Source: Syntrophales bacterium
Lineage (GTDB): Bacteria > Desulfobacterota > Syntrophia > Syntrophales > UBA6807
Direction: 5' to 3'
Length of the DNA: 64,000 nt
NCBI GenBank assembly: GCA_040767195.1
Contig: JAXGPA010000007.1
Coordinates: 32,001 to 96,000 of the forward strand
Below, piece after piece: positions 21,547-32,057 of the stretch; within the stretch, counting starts at the first letter, position 1; each line of letters opens with the position of its first letter. The notes under the pieces are model-generated. The model ran no database searches. It saw nothing but the letters and a program-made list of their open reading frames with translations, and had not been told where the DNA came from. The position numbers and the translations under genes were made by a program.

Positions 21547-22284
21547 ATGATTCTCCTTTACGTGTGCATCGTGGCGTTTCTCGCCGGTTTTATCCAGGGG
21601 TTTTCCGGGTTCGGGTCGGTCCTCCTGTCTCTTCCCCTTCTGGCTCTTTTTCTCGACATGCGGGAAGTGGTTCCCCTGGTCTCCCTTTATGCCCTTTTCC
21701 TCACGGCGGTCCTCTTCATCCAGCTTCGATCCTTCATTCACTGGAGAACGGTGGGCGTTCTCGTGGCGGGCGCCCTGCCCGGCGTCCCCGCGGGGGTCTA
21801 TCTTCTTAAATACGTCCCTTCCTTTGTTATCGAAACCCTGGCGGGGGTCACCCTGGTTCTTTTCTCCCTGGCCCAACTTTTTCTGAAGATTGCGAAAGCC
21901 CCTGACGGCCTTCCCTGGACGCTGGTCTTCGGGTTTCTCGGGGGGTGTTTCGGCGGGGCCATCGGCGCGTCCGGGCCCCCGGTGATTCTTTACACGGCCC
22001 TTCAGCCCTGGGACAAGAACACCATCAAGGCCACCCTGCAGGGATTTTTTCTTTTTGCGGGTCTCCTGGTCGTTATCGCGCAGGCGTATTCGGGCTTCAT
22101 GACCTGGCCGGTCCTCCGTTTTTTCGGACTCGGGTTTCCCTTTCTCATGGCGGGCACTTTCGCCGGCTCTTTTTTCTACGGATCGCTTCGTACGGAGGGT
22201 TACCAGAGAGTGCTTTTCGTTCTTCTCTGCCTTCTCGGGGTTTTCATGGTTTTAAAAGGCGTGTTCATCGATGTGGCCCCCTGA
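21547..22284 (+). CDS. Sulfite exporter TauE/SafE family membrane protein
   Basis: GFSGFG, GASGPP motifs; about 8 TM. Confidence 0.85.
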   Translation: MILLYVCIVAFLAGFIQGFSGFGSVLLSLPLLALFLDMREVVPLVSLYALFLTAVLFIQLRSFIHWRTVGVLVAGALPGVPAGVYLLKYVPSFVIETLAGVTLVLFSLAQLFLKIAKAPDGLPWTLVFGFLGGCFGGAIGASGPPVILYTALQPWDKNTIKATLQGFFLFAGLLVVIAQAYSGFMTWPVLRFFGLGFPFLMAGTFAGSFFYGSLRTEGYQRVLFVLLCLLGVFMVLKGVFIDVAP

Positions 22285-22521
22285 GGTGAGGATTTTCTCG
22301 CAAGGAAGCGGCATTCCGCTTCGCGTCCACCACCATGTCCGCGGCGGAGCGCCGGGAACGCTTCCTTCGGCCTGTTTCGGGCGTCATGGCCCGGGACCCT
22401 TCGAGGGCGGCCGCCGAGAGAACTTTTTTCGGGGACTTCGGGAGTCGATGGTGTTTCTTATTACTTTGAACGTGCTTTTATCCGGAAATCGCCGTGATTT
22501 CCTTTTTCGGGAAGGGTTGCC

Positions 22522-23469
22522 GTGACCGGGGAAAACAGCCGGGGTCTTCTTCAATCGGGTATCCGCCAGGGCCTTTACAAGGGGTGGTTGAGCTTTCTCT
22601 GGATCGCGAAGATCATACTGCCCATTTCCTTTTTTACGGCGGTCCTGTCGTGGAGCGGTTTTATCGATGCCGTGGGGTTTCTCGTCCATCCCGTCATGAC
22701 GTTTTTCGGACTTCCGGCGGTGGCCGCGGTTCCCCTCGTCATCGGCATGCTGACGGGCATTTACGGCGGCATCGCCGCCATGGCCGTCCTGCCCATGACG
22801 GTGAACCAGATGACCCTGGTGGCCCTTTTCCTTCTCATCGCCCACAACCTCGTTCAGGAGTGCGCCATCCAGGGAAGTTCCGGCGTCCACCCCCTGAAAG
22901 CCGCCATTTTCCGGATCGTGACGGCCCTCGTGACGGTTTTCACCGTTTCCTTTTTTCTCGACCTTTCCGGCGGGATTCACGATGGCGCTGGCGGAGCCTC
23001 CGCTGTTCCGGCCCCGGTCTTCACCGCCATGGTGAGAGACTGGGCCATGGCCTCTCTCCTCCTCATGGCCCGGATATTCGTCATTGTCATGATCGTCCTT
23101 GGCTTTCTCGAGATCGCCAAGGTTTTCGGGTGGATCCGGTATATCGCCCGGTTTCTGAACCCCTTCCTGCGGGTCATGGGCCTGAGCGACCGGGTGGGCC
23201 TTCTGTGGCTCACCGCCGTCGTTTTCGGGCTTGCCTACGGCGGGGCGGTGATCGTGGAGGAGGCGAAAAGCGGAAACCTTTCCGACGTGGAACTGGAGGA
23301 ACTCCATCTATCCATCGGCATTAACCATGCCATGATAGAAGACCCCGCCCTTTTCCTTCCCCTGGGCATCCACCCCTTCTGGCTCTGGGTGCCCCGCTTC
23401 GTCGTTGCCGTCCTGGCCGTCCGGCTTCTCACGTTCTGGTATGCCTTCCGGGGCCGCGAGAAGGGTTGA
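22522..23469 (+). CDS. Nucleoside-recognition (Gate) domain membrane protein
   Basis: Two Gate-like halves, HNLVQE, GLAYGG, HAMIED motifs. Confidence 0.75.
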   Translation: MTGENSRGLLQSGIRQGLYKGWLSFLWIAKIILPISFFTAVLSWSGFIDAVGFLVHPVMTFFGLPAVAAVPLVIGMLTGIYGGIAAMAVLPMTVNQMTLVALFLLIAHNLVQECAIQGSSGVHPLKAAIFRIVTALVTVFTVSFFLDLSGGIHDGAGGASAVPAPVFTAMVRDWAMASLLLMARIFVIVMIVLGFLEIAKVFGWIRYIARFLNPFLRVMGLSDRVGLLWLTAVVFGLAYGGAVIVEEAKSGNLSDVELEELHLSIGINHAMIEDPALFLPLGIHPFWLWVPRFVVAVLAVRLLTFWYAFRGREKG

Positions 23470-23637
23470 AAACATTTTTTTGTTGCCCGCTCCCCCTGTT
23501 TTCGATATATTTTCAGTGCCCGTATGTTGACAAATCATTGTGAAATATATTAAGGAAGGTCCGGTTCGAGGAGCCGGGAAAAGCCGGGGCGGGACCATCT
23601 CTCCAAGACCATTGAATAACTCGAGCGAGGAGGCACA

Positions 23638-24345
23638 ATGGCGATAGAAAAGCAGATAGAGGAACAGGTGCTGAAATGGCAGAAATCGACGGACCGGAGA
23701 AAGAAGAAGAACGAACCGCCCGGACCGGTGATCACCATTTCGAGGGAACCGGGCAGCGGCGGCGAAGCGCTCGCTAAAATGATCGCCGAAGAGCTGAAAA
23801 TCGATTATTTTGACCGGAAAATCGTTCAGGAGGTGGCCAGAAGCGCCCGGATGAGCGAAAAGGTGGTGGCCTCCCTCGACGAGAAGGAGCGGGGCCTTCT
23901 GGACAACTGGATCCAGTTTCTCAGAACCAGCCGTTATTTCTGGCCCGACGAATTCGTCCATCACCTGACCAAGGTGCTGAACACGGTGTGCCAGCACGGG
24001 AACGCCCTGATCGTTGGGCGAGCCGCCAACATGGTCCTGCCGCCGGAAGAAACCCTGAGAATCCGGTTCGTGGCCCCCCTGGAATACCGGGTGGAGTCGT
24101 ACGCCAAGGAAAGCGGCCTGTCCAAGGAGGAGGCGCAAAAGAAAATCGCCCAGGAGGAGTCGGACCGGAAGTCCTTCGTCCAGAAATATTTCCACGTGGA
24201 TATCGACGACACCAGCTATTACGATCTCGTTATCAACACCCGTTACTACAAGCCCGAACAGATTCTCGAGGCCGTGAAAGCCCTTCTGAAATTCAAGAAG
24301 ATGCCGGCACGGCGCCGCTTCGATCCGAAACCGGAAGAAGCTTGA
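23638..24345 (+). CDS. Cytidylate kinase-like family protein
   Basis: ITISREPGSGG, IVGR, YDLVINT. Confidence 0.85.
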   Translation: MAIEKQIEEQVLKWQKSTDRRKKKNEPPGPVITISREPGSGGEALAKMIAEELKIDYFDRKIVQEVARSARMSEKVVASLDEKERGLLDNWIQFLRTSRYFWPDEFVHHLTKVLNTVCQHGNALIVGRAANMVLPPEETLRIRFVAPLEYRVESYAKESGLSKEEAQKKIAQEESDRKSFVQKYFHVDIDDTSYYDLVINTRYYKPEQILEAVKALLKFKKMPARRRFDPKPEEA

Positions 24346-24382
24346 GGGAAGCCCCTCGACCCTTGACGGAATAGACGTTCAG

Positions 24383-24414
24383 AAATAAGCGGGTTCAGCC
24401 CGCTTATTTTTTTT
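24383..24414 (+). terminator. Intrinsic terminator
   Basis: AAATAAGCGGG-loop-CCCGCTTATTTTTTTT. Confidence 0.8.
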
Positions 24415-24482
24415 CACCCGCCGGTTCCCTGCCGGAAGCTCGGGAGCCCACGGAGACTGCTGTAAAAGAAAGGTGAAAGACC

Positions 24483-26588
24483 ATGGAAGAGAAGGAGAAG
24501 AAGGACGAAATCACGTGGGTGCGGACCCACTGCGCGCGAATGGACCACGGCGGCTGCGCCCTCCTGGTGGGTGTGGACCGAAAGGAAAACCGGATCGTCC
24601 AGGTGAAGGGCGATCCCGAAGGGTTTCTGAACAAGGGATACGTGTGCCCCAAGGGGATTATCTCCCCGGACAGGCTGAACCACCCGGACCGCCTCAAAAC
24701 CCCCCTGAAGCGGGTCGGGGAAAGAGGCGGCGGGAAGTGGACCCCCCTTTCCTGGGATGACGCTCTGGCGGAAACAGCCGATGCCTTCAACAGGATCCGG
24801 GATGCCCACGGCGCCCGGGCCGTCGCCTTCGGCGTGGGCATGCCCAAGGGGCTCGAGCACTTCGTCCTCATCCGGCTGGCCAACCTCTTCGGGTCCCCCA
24901 ACGTGGTGGCTTCCCAGGATGTCTGTCACGCCCCCCGGGAAATCACGGGAATCCACACCTGCGGCTTTTATCCCGTGGCCGATTTCCATCACCCGAGCCG
25001 ACTCGCCGTCCTGTGGGGAAGCAACATCACGTCCACCAACGAGGAGGGAGAGATCTGCAGCCTATTCCTGAAACAGCTGAAAGAAGGCATGGATCTCATC
25101 GTCGTGGACCCCCGGGAGACGGACCTGGCGAAAAAAGCGACACACTGGCTTCCCCTGAGGCCGGGAACGGACCACGCCCTGGCCCTCGCCTTTTTGAACG
25201 TGATCATCGAGGAAGGTCTCTACGACCGGGACTTCGTGGAAAAGTGGACCCACGGGTTCGAAGACCTGGCGGCCCATGTCCGGCAGTACACGCCGGAGAA
25301 GATGGCCGGTGTCACCTGGGTTCCCGCGGAACGGATCCGGGAGGCCGCCCGCCTTTACGGCCGGACCAGGCCGGCGGTCATCCAGTGGGGGAATCCCATA
25401 GAGCACAACATCCACACCTTCGACATCACCCGGGCCCTCATCTGCCTCATGGCGATCACCGGGAACCTGGCCGTGCCGGGAGGGAACGTGGAGGCCGTGG
25501 ATCCCAGGATCATGGGTCTCGGGGAGTTCGTCCGGGCCGATCTCATTCCCGAGAAGAGGAAGGAGATGCTGAGCGCCCACCACAGGGTCATTCCCCGGCT
25601 CATGACCATCGCCCCCGCTTTTTTCCGGAAGGCCGTGCTGGAGGATGTTCCCTACCCGGTCCGGGGGTTCTACGCCATGTGCTCCAACGCCCTCATGTCC
25701 TACGCCGACAGCCCCATGACCTATGAGGCCTTCAAAAAGCTGGACTTCATGGCCGTGGCGGACCTGTTCATGACCCCAACGGCGGCCATGGCGGACATCG
25801 TTTTTCCCGTGGCGAGCCAGTTCGAGTTCGACGACATCGGCCATTACGGCATCGGTCACGGGTATGTCCTGGCCCGGCCCAAGGTGGTCGATCCGCCCGA
25901 GGGGTGCTGGCCGGACATGAAAATCATGAACGAACTGGGGAAACGGATGTCCCCCCCGGAACTCTGGCACGACGATTACCGGGAGTTTCTCTCCGACCTT
26001 CTGAAGCCGAGCGGCCTCACCTACGCCGAGTTCGCGGAAAAGGGCTACCTGAAAGGGCCGGAACGGTTTCGGGCTTACGAGGCGAAGGGTTTCCGGACGC
26101 CCACGGGAAAGGTGGAGCTCCGTCTTTCCGTGGCGGAGAAATTCCGGCTCAAGCCCCTGCCCGAGTTCTCCGGCCTTCCGGAGAAAGAGGACCCCGAGTA
26201 CCCCCTTGTCCTCACGAGCTGCAAGAGCCGGTACTATCTCCACTCTTCCTACCGCTGGCTCGACAGGCTTCGGAAACTCCGACCCCAGCCGAAGGTGGAG
26301 ATCCACCCTGAAACGGCGGCGGCCCACGGGATCGCTGACGGGGACGGGGTGGTCATCGAAACGCGGCAAGGTTCGGTGATCCAGTACGCCGAGCTCACCG
26401 ACGCCCTGGACAGGCGGACCGTCAATGCCTCCCATGGCTGGTGGTTTCCCGAAGATTCCCCGGAATCCCAGTACGGGTGGCGTAAATCGAACTTCAACAT
26501 GCTCACGTCCGTGTCTCCCCTGGGGAGGGAATACGGGACGCCGAACATGAAGGCCCTGGGGTGCCGGATCCGGAAGGCGCTTCCGTAG
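24483..26588 (+). CDS. Molybdopterin (Mo/W-bisPGD) oxidoreductase, acetylene-hydratase-like clade
   Basis: CPKG, RLKTPLKR, DPRET, PGTD, ADIVFP, HSSY, EIHPETA motifs; no Tat signal; probable Cys metal ligand in QDVCH. Confidence 0.88.
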   Translation: MEEKEKKDEITWVRTHCARMDHGGCALLVGVDRKENRIVQVKGDPEGFLNKGYVCPKGIISPDRLNHPDRLKTPLKRVGERGGGKWTPLSWDDALAETADAFNRIRDAHGARAVAFGVGMPKGLEHFVLIRLANLFGSPNVVASQDVCHAPREITGIHTCGFYPVADFHHPSRLAVLWGSNITSTNEEGEICSLFLKQLKEGMDLIVVDPRETDLAKKATHWLPLRPGTDHALALAFLNVIIEEGLYDRDFVEKWTHGFEDLAAHVRQYTPEKMAGVTWVPAERIREAARLYGRTRPAVIQWGNPIEHNIHTFDITRALICLMAITGNLAVPGGNVEAVDPRIMGLGEFVRADLIPEKRKEMLSAHHRVIPRLMTIAPAFFRKAVLEDVPYPVRGFYAMCSNALMSYADSPMTYEAFKKLDFMAVADLFMTPTAAMADIVFPVASQFEFDDIGHYGIGHGYVLARPKVVDPPEGCWPDMKIMNELGKRMSPPELWHDDYREFLSDLLKPSGLTYAEFAEKGYLKGPERFRAYEAKGFRTPTGKVELRLSVAEKFRLKPLPEFSGLPEKEDPEYPLVLTSCKSRYYLHSSYRWLDRLRKLRPQPKVEIHPETAAAHGIADGDGVVIETRQGSVIQYAELTDALDRRTVNASHGWWFPEDSPESQYGWRKSNFNMLTSVSPLGREYGTPNMKALGCRIRKALP

Positions 26589-26602
26589 GGAAAAGAGAAC
26601 GA

Positions 26603-27373
26603 TCAGAAAAGGCGAACCGGCCTGTTCTTTAGGGCCGCCAGGAGGTCGTGGCGGGTCATGTCCGGCTCGATGGGGGTGATGGAAACGTATCCCTTTTTCA
26701 GGACCGAGAGATCCGTGTCTTCTTCTTCGTCTTCCGGCTGGAGCGTTTCCCCCACGAGCCAGTAGTAGACGTTGTTCCGGGGGTCCAGCCGCCTCTCGTA
26801 GGTTTCCACGAGGCGGGCCTGTCCCTGGCGGGTGAACCGGGCCCCTCTTATTTTCTCCGAAGGCAGGTCCGGGACGTTGACGTTCAGGGCGATGCCGGTG
26901 AGAAGGGAACGGTTCTCCAGGATGTAGTCGGCCACTGCGGCGGCCGTTCGGGCCGCCGCGGCATAGTCGGCCTCATGGCTTCGCGAGTCCAGGGACACGG
27001 CCATGGCGGGCACACCGAGGATGGATCCCTCGGTGGCGGCGGAGACGGTCCCCGAATAGAGAACGTTGATTCCCACGTTGGCCCCCAGGTTGATGCCCGA
27101 CACGACGAGATCGACAGGGCCGCCGGCGATTTCCCTGAGCCCGATCTTGACGCTGTCCGCCGGGGTCCCGGCCACGGCATATCCGTAAAAAACCCCGTTT
27201 TTTCGGGCCTCCCGTATCATGAGGGGCCGGGAAAGGGTGATGGCGTGCCCGGCGGCGCTCCGCTCCATTTCGGGCGCCACGATGAGGCACTCCCCTTTTT
27301 CGGAGAAAGCCTCCTGAAGGGTGAAGAGTCCCCGGGCATGAATGCCGTCGTCGTTGGTGAGAAGGAAACGCAC
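26603..27373 (-). CDS. surE: 5'/3'-nucleotidase SurE
   Basis: LLTNDDG, GTPAD, SGINLGAN, YSGTV. Confidence 0.96.
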   Translation of the reverse strand: MRFLLTNDDGIHARGLFTLQEAFSEKGECLIVAPEMERSAAGHAITLSRPLMIREARKNGVFYGYAVAGTPADSVKIGLREIAGGPVDLVVSGINLGANVGINVLYSGTVSAATEGSILGVPAMAVSLDSRSHEADYAAAARTAAAVADYILENRSLLTGIALNVNVPDLPSEKIRGARFTRQGQARLVETYERRLDPRNNVYYWLVGETLQPEDEEEDTDLSVLKKGYVSITPIEPDMTRHDLLAALKNRPVRLF

Positions 27374-27374
27374 G

Positions 27375-29288
27375 TCAGTCCACCTCGATGATCCTGTCGC
27401 CCCGGATCGACAGGACGAAGAGCTTTTTCAAGGCCTCTCCCCCTTCATCGAAGCCGGTCGGGCCCGTGACGCCGGGGTAGTTTTTCAGCTGCAGAAGGGC
27501 GTCCCGCAGGTCTTCCCGGATTCGGATTCTATCGTCTTCCAGGAGCGTGAGCAGGATTTTCATGGTGTCAAAGGCGAGGGCCTCGATTTCCGCGGGGTTT
27601 CTTCCATAGGCGAAGTAAAAGCGGTCCACGAAATCCCGAACGGCGCGGGAAAGGCTGTCCAGGAAAAAAACGTCGACGAAGACCGCTTCCTGGAGATACG
27701 TCGTTTCGCCCTGGAGGAGGTCCGGGGTGTTCCAGAGATTCGAACCCAGGAGCTGGACCGTCGTGATGTCGTGGAAAGCGAGCTGGGGCGCGATGAGCCG
27801 GGCTTTCAGGGCCGTGTCGGGAATGAAGAGGGCGTCGAAATCGACGACAGGAGAGGGCTTTTCTTCTTCCGGCCCGTCTTTCTTTTCGGGGAGTCCGGCG
27901 AGGGCCCGGATCTCCCGGCTGAAGTCGGTCGCGTTCGGCTCGTAGGACTCAACGCCCCGGACCTCACCGCCGTACCATTCCACCTCGTTCCAGAAGGCCT
28001 CCATCATCTCGGTCCCGTAGGGGTCATCGGGGTAGAGAATGGCGAAACGCTTCATGCCCATGTTCATGAAGGCGAAGTGAACCAGGGTTTTCATGATCAT
28101 GGGAGGGGTCAGAAAGTTCCGGAAGACGAAATCGCCCGTTTCCGTAATCGCCTCTTTCTGGGTCAGCGTGACGAGCGGAACCTGAAGCGCCTGGGCCGTC
28201 CGGGCCGCCTCTTCCGCCGCGTCGCCGGCCATGGTCCCGATGATTCCCATGACCCGGTCTTCCATGACAAGCTTCTCCACGGCCTTTTTTCCACCCGAAG
28301 GCTCACCGGCCGAGTCTTCGATGAAGAGTTCCATGGGCGGGACCGCCGCGTCCGAGGCCTGGTTTTCCAGGTCCAGCGCGAGCAGGGCCGCGTCCAGCGC
28401 CTTTTGTCCGAAAGCGGCGAACTTGCCGGAGAGCGGGAGGATCAGGCCGACGGCCCGCCGATTCACCTGGGCCATCTTCTCGAGGCGGTTCAGTATGTCC
28501 TGTCCCTCACCGGCCAGGGGATGCCCAGGGTGGCCGTCCAGGAAGCGCCCCACATAGGACCGGGCGGCGTCGGCGTCTCCCCTGTCATAGGACAGCCGGG
28601 CCAGGGCCACGAGGACATACCCGGAGGGATAGCGTCTTTTTTGCTTTTCAAGGAGCGCCTTCAGTTCGTTCTCATCAAGGCCGTGGCGCACGATCCCCTC
28701 TGTTTTCCCCCGCAGGGCGCTTTCCACGGCCTCGCCCGGTCTCTCTTCCAGGGCGAGGAGATAATACGTCACGGCCCCGGAGGCGTTTCCGGCGGCAAGC
28801 AGGTTGTCTCCCATGAGGGCAAGGGTTTTTGCTTTCAGGGCCGGAGAGAGCGGCTCCCGCAGAAGCTCCCGGGACAGAAGCTCGGACCTCGACGGGTCGC
28901 CTTCCCGTAAGGCGAGGAGAGCGAGGAGATACCGTGTCTCGTGGTAAAGCGGGTCTCCCTGGTACGGCGGGCCGAGGGCCTCCAGTTCCCGGCGGGCCCC
29001 GGCAAGATCCCCTTTCTCCAGGAGAATTTCACCCAGGCGAAGCCGGGCCAGGGCACCGGGCGTTCCCCCGGGGTGGCTTTTCACAAGCGTTTCGTAAAGG
29101 GGAAGGGCGGCTTCCAGATCCCCCGAGCGATAGGCTGTTTCGGCCTCGTGGAAGAGGGGCTGCAACGCCAGGGGAATCCGGTCAAGGGAGGGGATCGGTT
29201 CCTCCACCCGGGGGGCTGTTTTCACCGCGCAGGCGCAAAGGGAAAGGCCGAGAAAAAACAGGAAAAAAAGCCGGAACACGTTTTTCAT
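27375..29288 (-). CDS. Lipoprotein with TPR repeats and a periplasmic-binding-protein domain (LpoA/LppC-like PBP activator)
   Basis: Lipobox LCAC, TPR-like helices, GLILPLSG, YPDDPYG, FDALFIPD. Confidence 0.8.
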   Translation of the reverse strand: MKNVFRLFFLFFLGLSLCACAVKTAPRVEEPIPSLDRIPLALQPLFHEAETAYRSGDLEAALPLYETLVKSHPGGTPGALARLRLGEILLEKGDLAGARRELEALGPPYQGDPLYHETRYLLALLALREGDPSRSELLSRELLREPLSPALKAKTLALMGDNLLAAGNASGAVTYYLLALEERPGEAVESALRGKTEGIVRHGLDENELKALLEKQKRRYPSGYVLVALARLSYDRGDADAARSYVGRFLDGHPGHPLAGEGQDILNRLEKMAQVNRRAVGLILPLSGKFAAFGQKALDAALLALDLENQASDAAVPPMELFIEDSAGEPSGGKKAVEKLVMEDRVMGIIGTMAGDAAEEAARTAQALQVPLVTLTQKEAITETGDFVFRNFLTPPMIMKTLVHFAFMNMGMKRFAILYPDDPYGTEMMEAFWNEVEWYGGEVRGVESYEPNATDFSREIRALAGLPEKKDGPEEEKPSPVVDFDALFIPDTALKARLIAPQLAFHDITTVQLLGSNLWNTPDLLQGETTYLQEAVFVDVFFLDSLSRAVRDFVDRFYFAYGRNPAEIEALAFDTMKILLTLLEDDRIRIREDLRDALLQLKNYPGVTGPTGFDEGGEALKKLFVLSIRGDRIIEVD

Positions 29289-29307
29289 GAATTTACCCGC
29301 GGGACGC

Positions 29308-29907
29308 TTATCGTTCAATGGACTCGATGTACCGGGTCAGTTCCTCCGCCAGGGCGGGGGAATCGACGGCGATGGACATTTCACGGTTGTATTTCAGGGC
29401 CGACTGGGTGAAGTTGTGGCTTCCCACGAATACGCGGCGTCTGTCGATGACGGCGACTTTCGTGTGGGTCGTCCGGCCCGGTGAATCAAAAACGGTGGCG
29501 ATTCCGGCCTTTCGCAGGCGCTTTGCCGTTTTCTCGTTCGATCGGTTCACCGAGGACCGGGGATTGTCGTCCCTTTCGAGAAGGACCGTGACCCGGACCC
29601 CCCGCCGGGACGCCCTTTCAAGACGGTCCAGGATCCCGTCGGGGCGGTTTCCCTTGTGCCCGTTGGTCTTGAAAAGGAAAACGGCGATGAGGATCTCTTT
29701 TTGGGCCCCGTCGATGGCGTCCGAAAGGGCGGTGAAAAACGCGCCGTCCTGGAGAAGCCGGACGGAAGCCGCCGGCTCTTCCGCTCCCATTGCCGGGTAA
29801 CAGGTGCCAAGGACAGTGATGGCGAAGAAAAGGGGCAAAATGAAACGGGAGAGTCCTGGAAAAAATGGTCGTGCCGTGTCTTTTTCCTCCTTTTGCAAGC
29901 CCGTCAC
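29308..29907 (-). CDS. Phospholipase D family protein with a single HKD motif (Nuc-like)
   Basis: HTKVAVID...GSHNFT...NRE; signal-like N-terminus. Confidence 0.85.
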   Translation of the reverse strand: MTGLQKEEKDTARPFFPGLSRFILPLFFAITVLGTCYPAMGAEEPAASVRLLQDGAFFTALSDAIDGAQKEILIAVFLFKTNGHKGNRPDGILDRLERASRRGVRVTVLLERDDNPRSSVNRSNEKTAKRLRKAGIATVFDSPGRTTHTKVAVIDRRRVFVGSHNFTQSALKYNREMSIAVDSPALAEELTRYIESIER

Positions 29908-30024
29908 TCCAATTCGTTCCGGGTCACCGGAAAGCGGGCAGGGGGGTCGGGACCCTTCCGATTGAACCCGTCAAGGTCGAACCCTGACACATTTATAAAA
30001 CATTTGTATTTCCAAGTCGACATG

Positions 30025-30057
30025 AAAATGCCCGGGACGGCCACCCGCCCCGGGCAT
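30025..30057 (-). terminator. dnaK terminator
   Basis: ATGCCCGGGGCGG-loop-CCGTCCCGGGCATTTT on the minus strand. Confidence 0.65.
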
Positions 30058-30081
30058 GATCGAACCCCGTGATAAAAGACT

Positions 30082-32004
30082 TTACTTCACTTCCTCGAAA
30101 TCGGCGTCCACCACGTCGTCGTCCCCTTTGCCCGCCGCCCCGGGCTGCGGGCCTTCAGGCCCCGCTCCCGGACCGGCCCCGGGACCGCCCTGCTGGGCCG
30201 ACGCCTTGGCGTACATGGCCTCGGCAAGCTTGTGGGTCGCCTGGGTCAGTTCTTCCTGGGCCTTGCGGATGGCTTCCGCGTCGTCTCCGTTCAATGTTTC
30301 CTTGACCTTCTTCACGGCGTCCTCGATCCGGGAACGTTCCCCGGCGTCGATCTTGTCGCCGAATTCCTTCAGGTTCTTCTCAACGGTGTAAACGAGGGCG
30401 TCCGCCTGGTTTCTCGCCTCGATGAGATCTTTTTTCTTCGTGTCCTCGTCGGCATGGGCCTCGGCGTCCTTCACGAGACGCTGGATTTCCTCATCCGTCA
30501 GGCCGCTCGACGACGTGATCCGGATGCTCTGCTCCTTCCCCGTGCCCAGGTCCTTGGCGGAAACGTGGACGATACCGTTGGCGTCGATGTCGAAAGTCAC
30601 CTCGACCTGGGGAACGCCCCGGGGGGCCGGCGGAATGCCGACGAGCTCGAAGCGGCCGAGGGTCTTGTTGTCCGGCGCCATGGGACGCTCTCCCTGGAGA
30701 ACGTGGATGCTCACCGCCGGCTGGTTGTCCGCGGCGGTGGAGAAGATCTGGCTTTTGCGCGTGGGGATGGTCGTGTTCTTCTCGATGAGTTTCGTCATGA
30801 CGCCGCCCAGGGTCTCGATGCCCAGGGACAGGGGGGTCACGTCGAGAAGGAGGACGTCCTTCACGTCGCCCGTCAGGACGCCGCCCTGGATCGCGGCGCC
30901 CACGGCCACCACCTCATCGGGATTGACCCCCTTGTGGGGGTCCTTGCCGAAGATTTCCTTGACCTTCTGCTGAACCTTGGGCATCCGGGTCATGCCGCCT
31001 ACCAGGATCACCTCGTCGATGTCCCGGGCCGAGAGGCCCGCGTCTTTCAGGGCCGTCCGGCAGGGTCCTTCCACCTTGGCGATGAGGTCCTCCACGAGCA
31101 TCTCGAGCTTGGCCCGGGAAAGCCTCATGGTGAGGTGCTTGGGACCGGAGGCGTCGGCGGTGATGAAGGGCAGGTTGATGTCCGTCTCCATGGACGTGGA
31201 CAGTTCCATCTTGGCTTTTTCCGCCGCTTCCTTGATGCGCTGCAGGGCCATGCGGTCTTTTCGAAGATCGATGCCCTGGTCCTTCCGGAATTCGTCGGCG
31301 ACGTAGTCCATGAGCTTCTGGTCGAAGTCCTCACCACCCAGGTGGGTGTCCCCGTTGGTCGATTTGACCTCGAAAACGCCGTCTCCCAGTTCGAGGATGG
31401 AGATGTCGAAGGTTCCGCCGCCCAGGTCGAAGACGGCTATTTTCTCGTCTTTTTTCTTGTCGAGACCGTAGGCCAGCGCCGCCGCCGTCGGTTCGTTGAT
31501 GATCCGCTTGACGTTGAGTCCCGCGATTTTTCCGGCGTCCTTCGTGGCCTGGCGCTGGGAGTCGTTGAAGTAGGCCGGCACGGTGATGACGGCGTCGTCG
31601 ATTTTCTCTCCCAGGTAATCTTCGGCGGTCTGTTTCATCTTCGTCAGGACCATGGCCGAGATCTCCGTGGGACTGTAATTCTTCCCGCGGATGCTCACCT
31701 GAGCGTCGCCGTTCGAGGCTTCGGTGATCTTGTAGGGGGCGATCCCCTTGTCGTACTGGGCTTCCCTGGAGCTGAACTTGCGGCCGATGAGCCTCTTGAT
31801 GGCGTAGACGGTGTTTTCCGCGTTGGTCACCGCCTGTCTTTTGGCCGCCTGGCCGACAATGCGGTCGCCGCTCTCGGGGAAGGCCACCATGGACGGCGTG
31901 GTCCGGCTTCCTTCCTGGTTCGTTATGACGACGGGGTCCCCCCCCTCCATGACGGCAACGCAGGAGTTGGTCGTTCCCAGGTCGATTCCGATAATTTTAC
32001 CCAT
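30082..32004 (-). CDS. dnaK: Molecular chaperone DnaK
   Basis: [33 protein letters not shown]. Confidence 0.99.
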   Translation of the reverse strand: MGKIIGIDLGTTNSCVAVMEGGDPVVITNQEGSRTTPSMVAFPESGDRIVGQAAKRQAVTNAENTVYAIKRLIGRKFSSREAQYDKGIAPYKITEASNGDAQVSIRGKNYSPTEISAMVLTKMKQTAEDYLGEKIDDAVITVPAYFNDSQRQATKDAGKIAGLNVKRIINEPTAAALAYGLDKKKDEKIAVFDLGGGTFDISILELGDGVFEVKSTNGDTHLGGEDFDQKLMDYVADEFRKDQGIDLRKDRMALQRIKEAAEKAKMELSTSMETDINLPFITADASGPKHLTMRLSRAKLEMLVEDLIAKVEGPCRTALKDAGLSARDIDEVILVGGMTRMPKVQQKVKEIFGKDPHKGVNPDEVVAVGAAIQGGVLTGDVKDVLLLDVTPLSLGIETLGGVMTKLIEKNTTIPTRKSQIFSTAADNQPAVSIHVLQGERPMAPDNKTLGRFELVGIPPAPRGVPQVEVTFDIDANGIVHVSAKDLGTGKEQSIRITSSSGLTDEEIQRLVKDAEAHADEDTKKKDLIEARNQADALVYTVEKNLKEFGDKIDAGERSRIEDAVKKVKETLNGDDAEAIRKAQEELTQATHKLAEAMYAKASAQQGGPGAGPGAGPEGPQPGAAGKGDDDVVDADFEEVK

Positions 32005-32057
32005 GGAATAAATCCTCCTTTATCTTGACTATTTCAATTAATTCTTTAAAGCGTCGT

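Noticed and set aside
23527..23556. Half Rex-like box TTGTGAAATA near TTGACA
   Set aside because: The second half-site is absent; most likely just an AT-rich promoter
29910..30000. GC-rich intergenic segment resembling 6S RNA or a c-di-AMP riboswitch (GAACCCGTCA)
   Set aside because: Too short and missing the other conserved elements; cannot be supported without cmscan
30232..32028. 598-aa ORF antisense to dnaK (similar shadows over hydB, ntpA, eno and porA)
   Set aside because: Known antisense open frames opposite conserved genes in GC-rich genomes; no protein motifs
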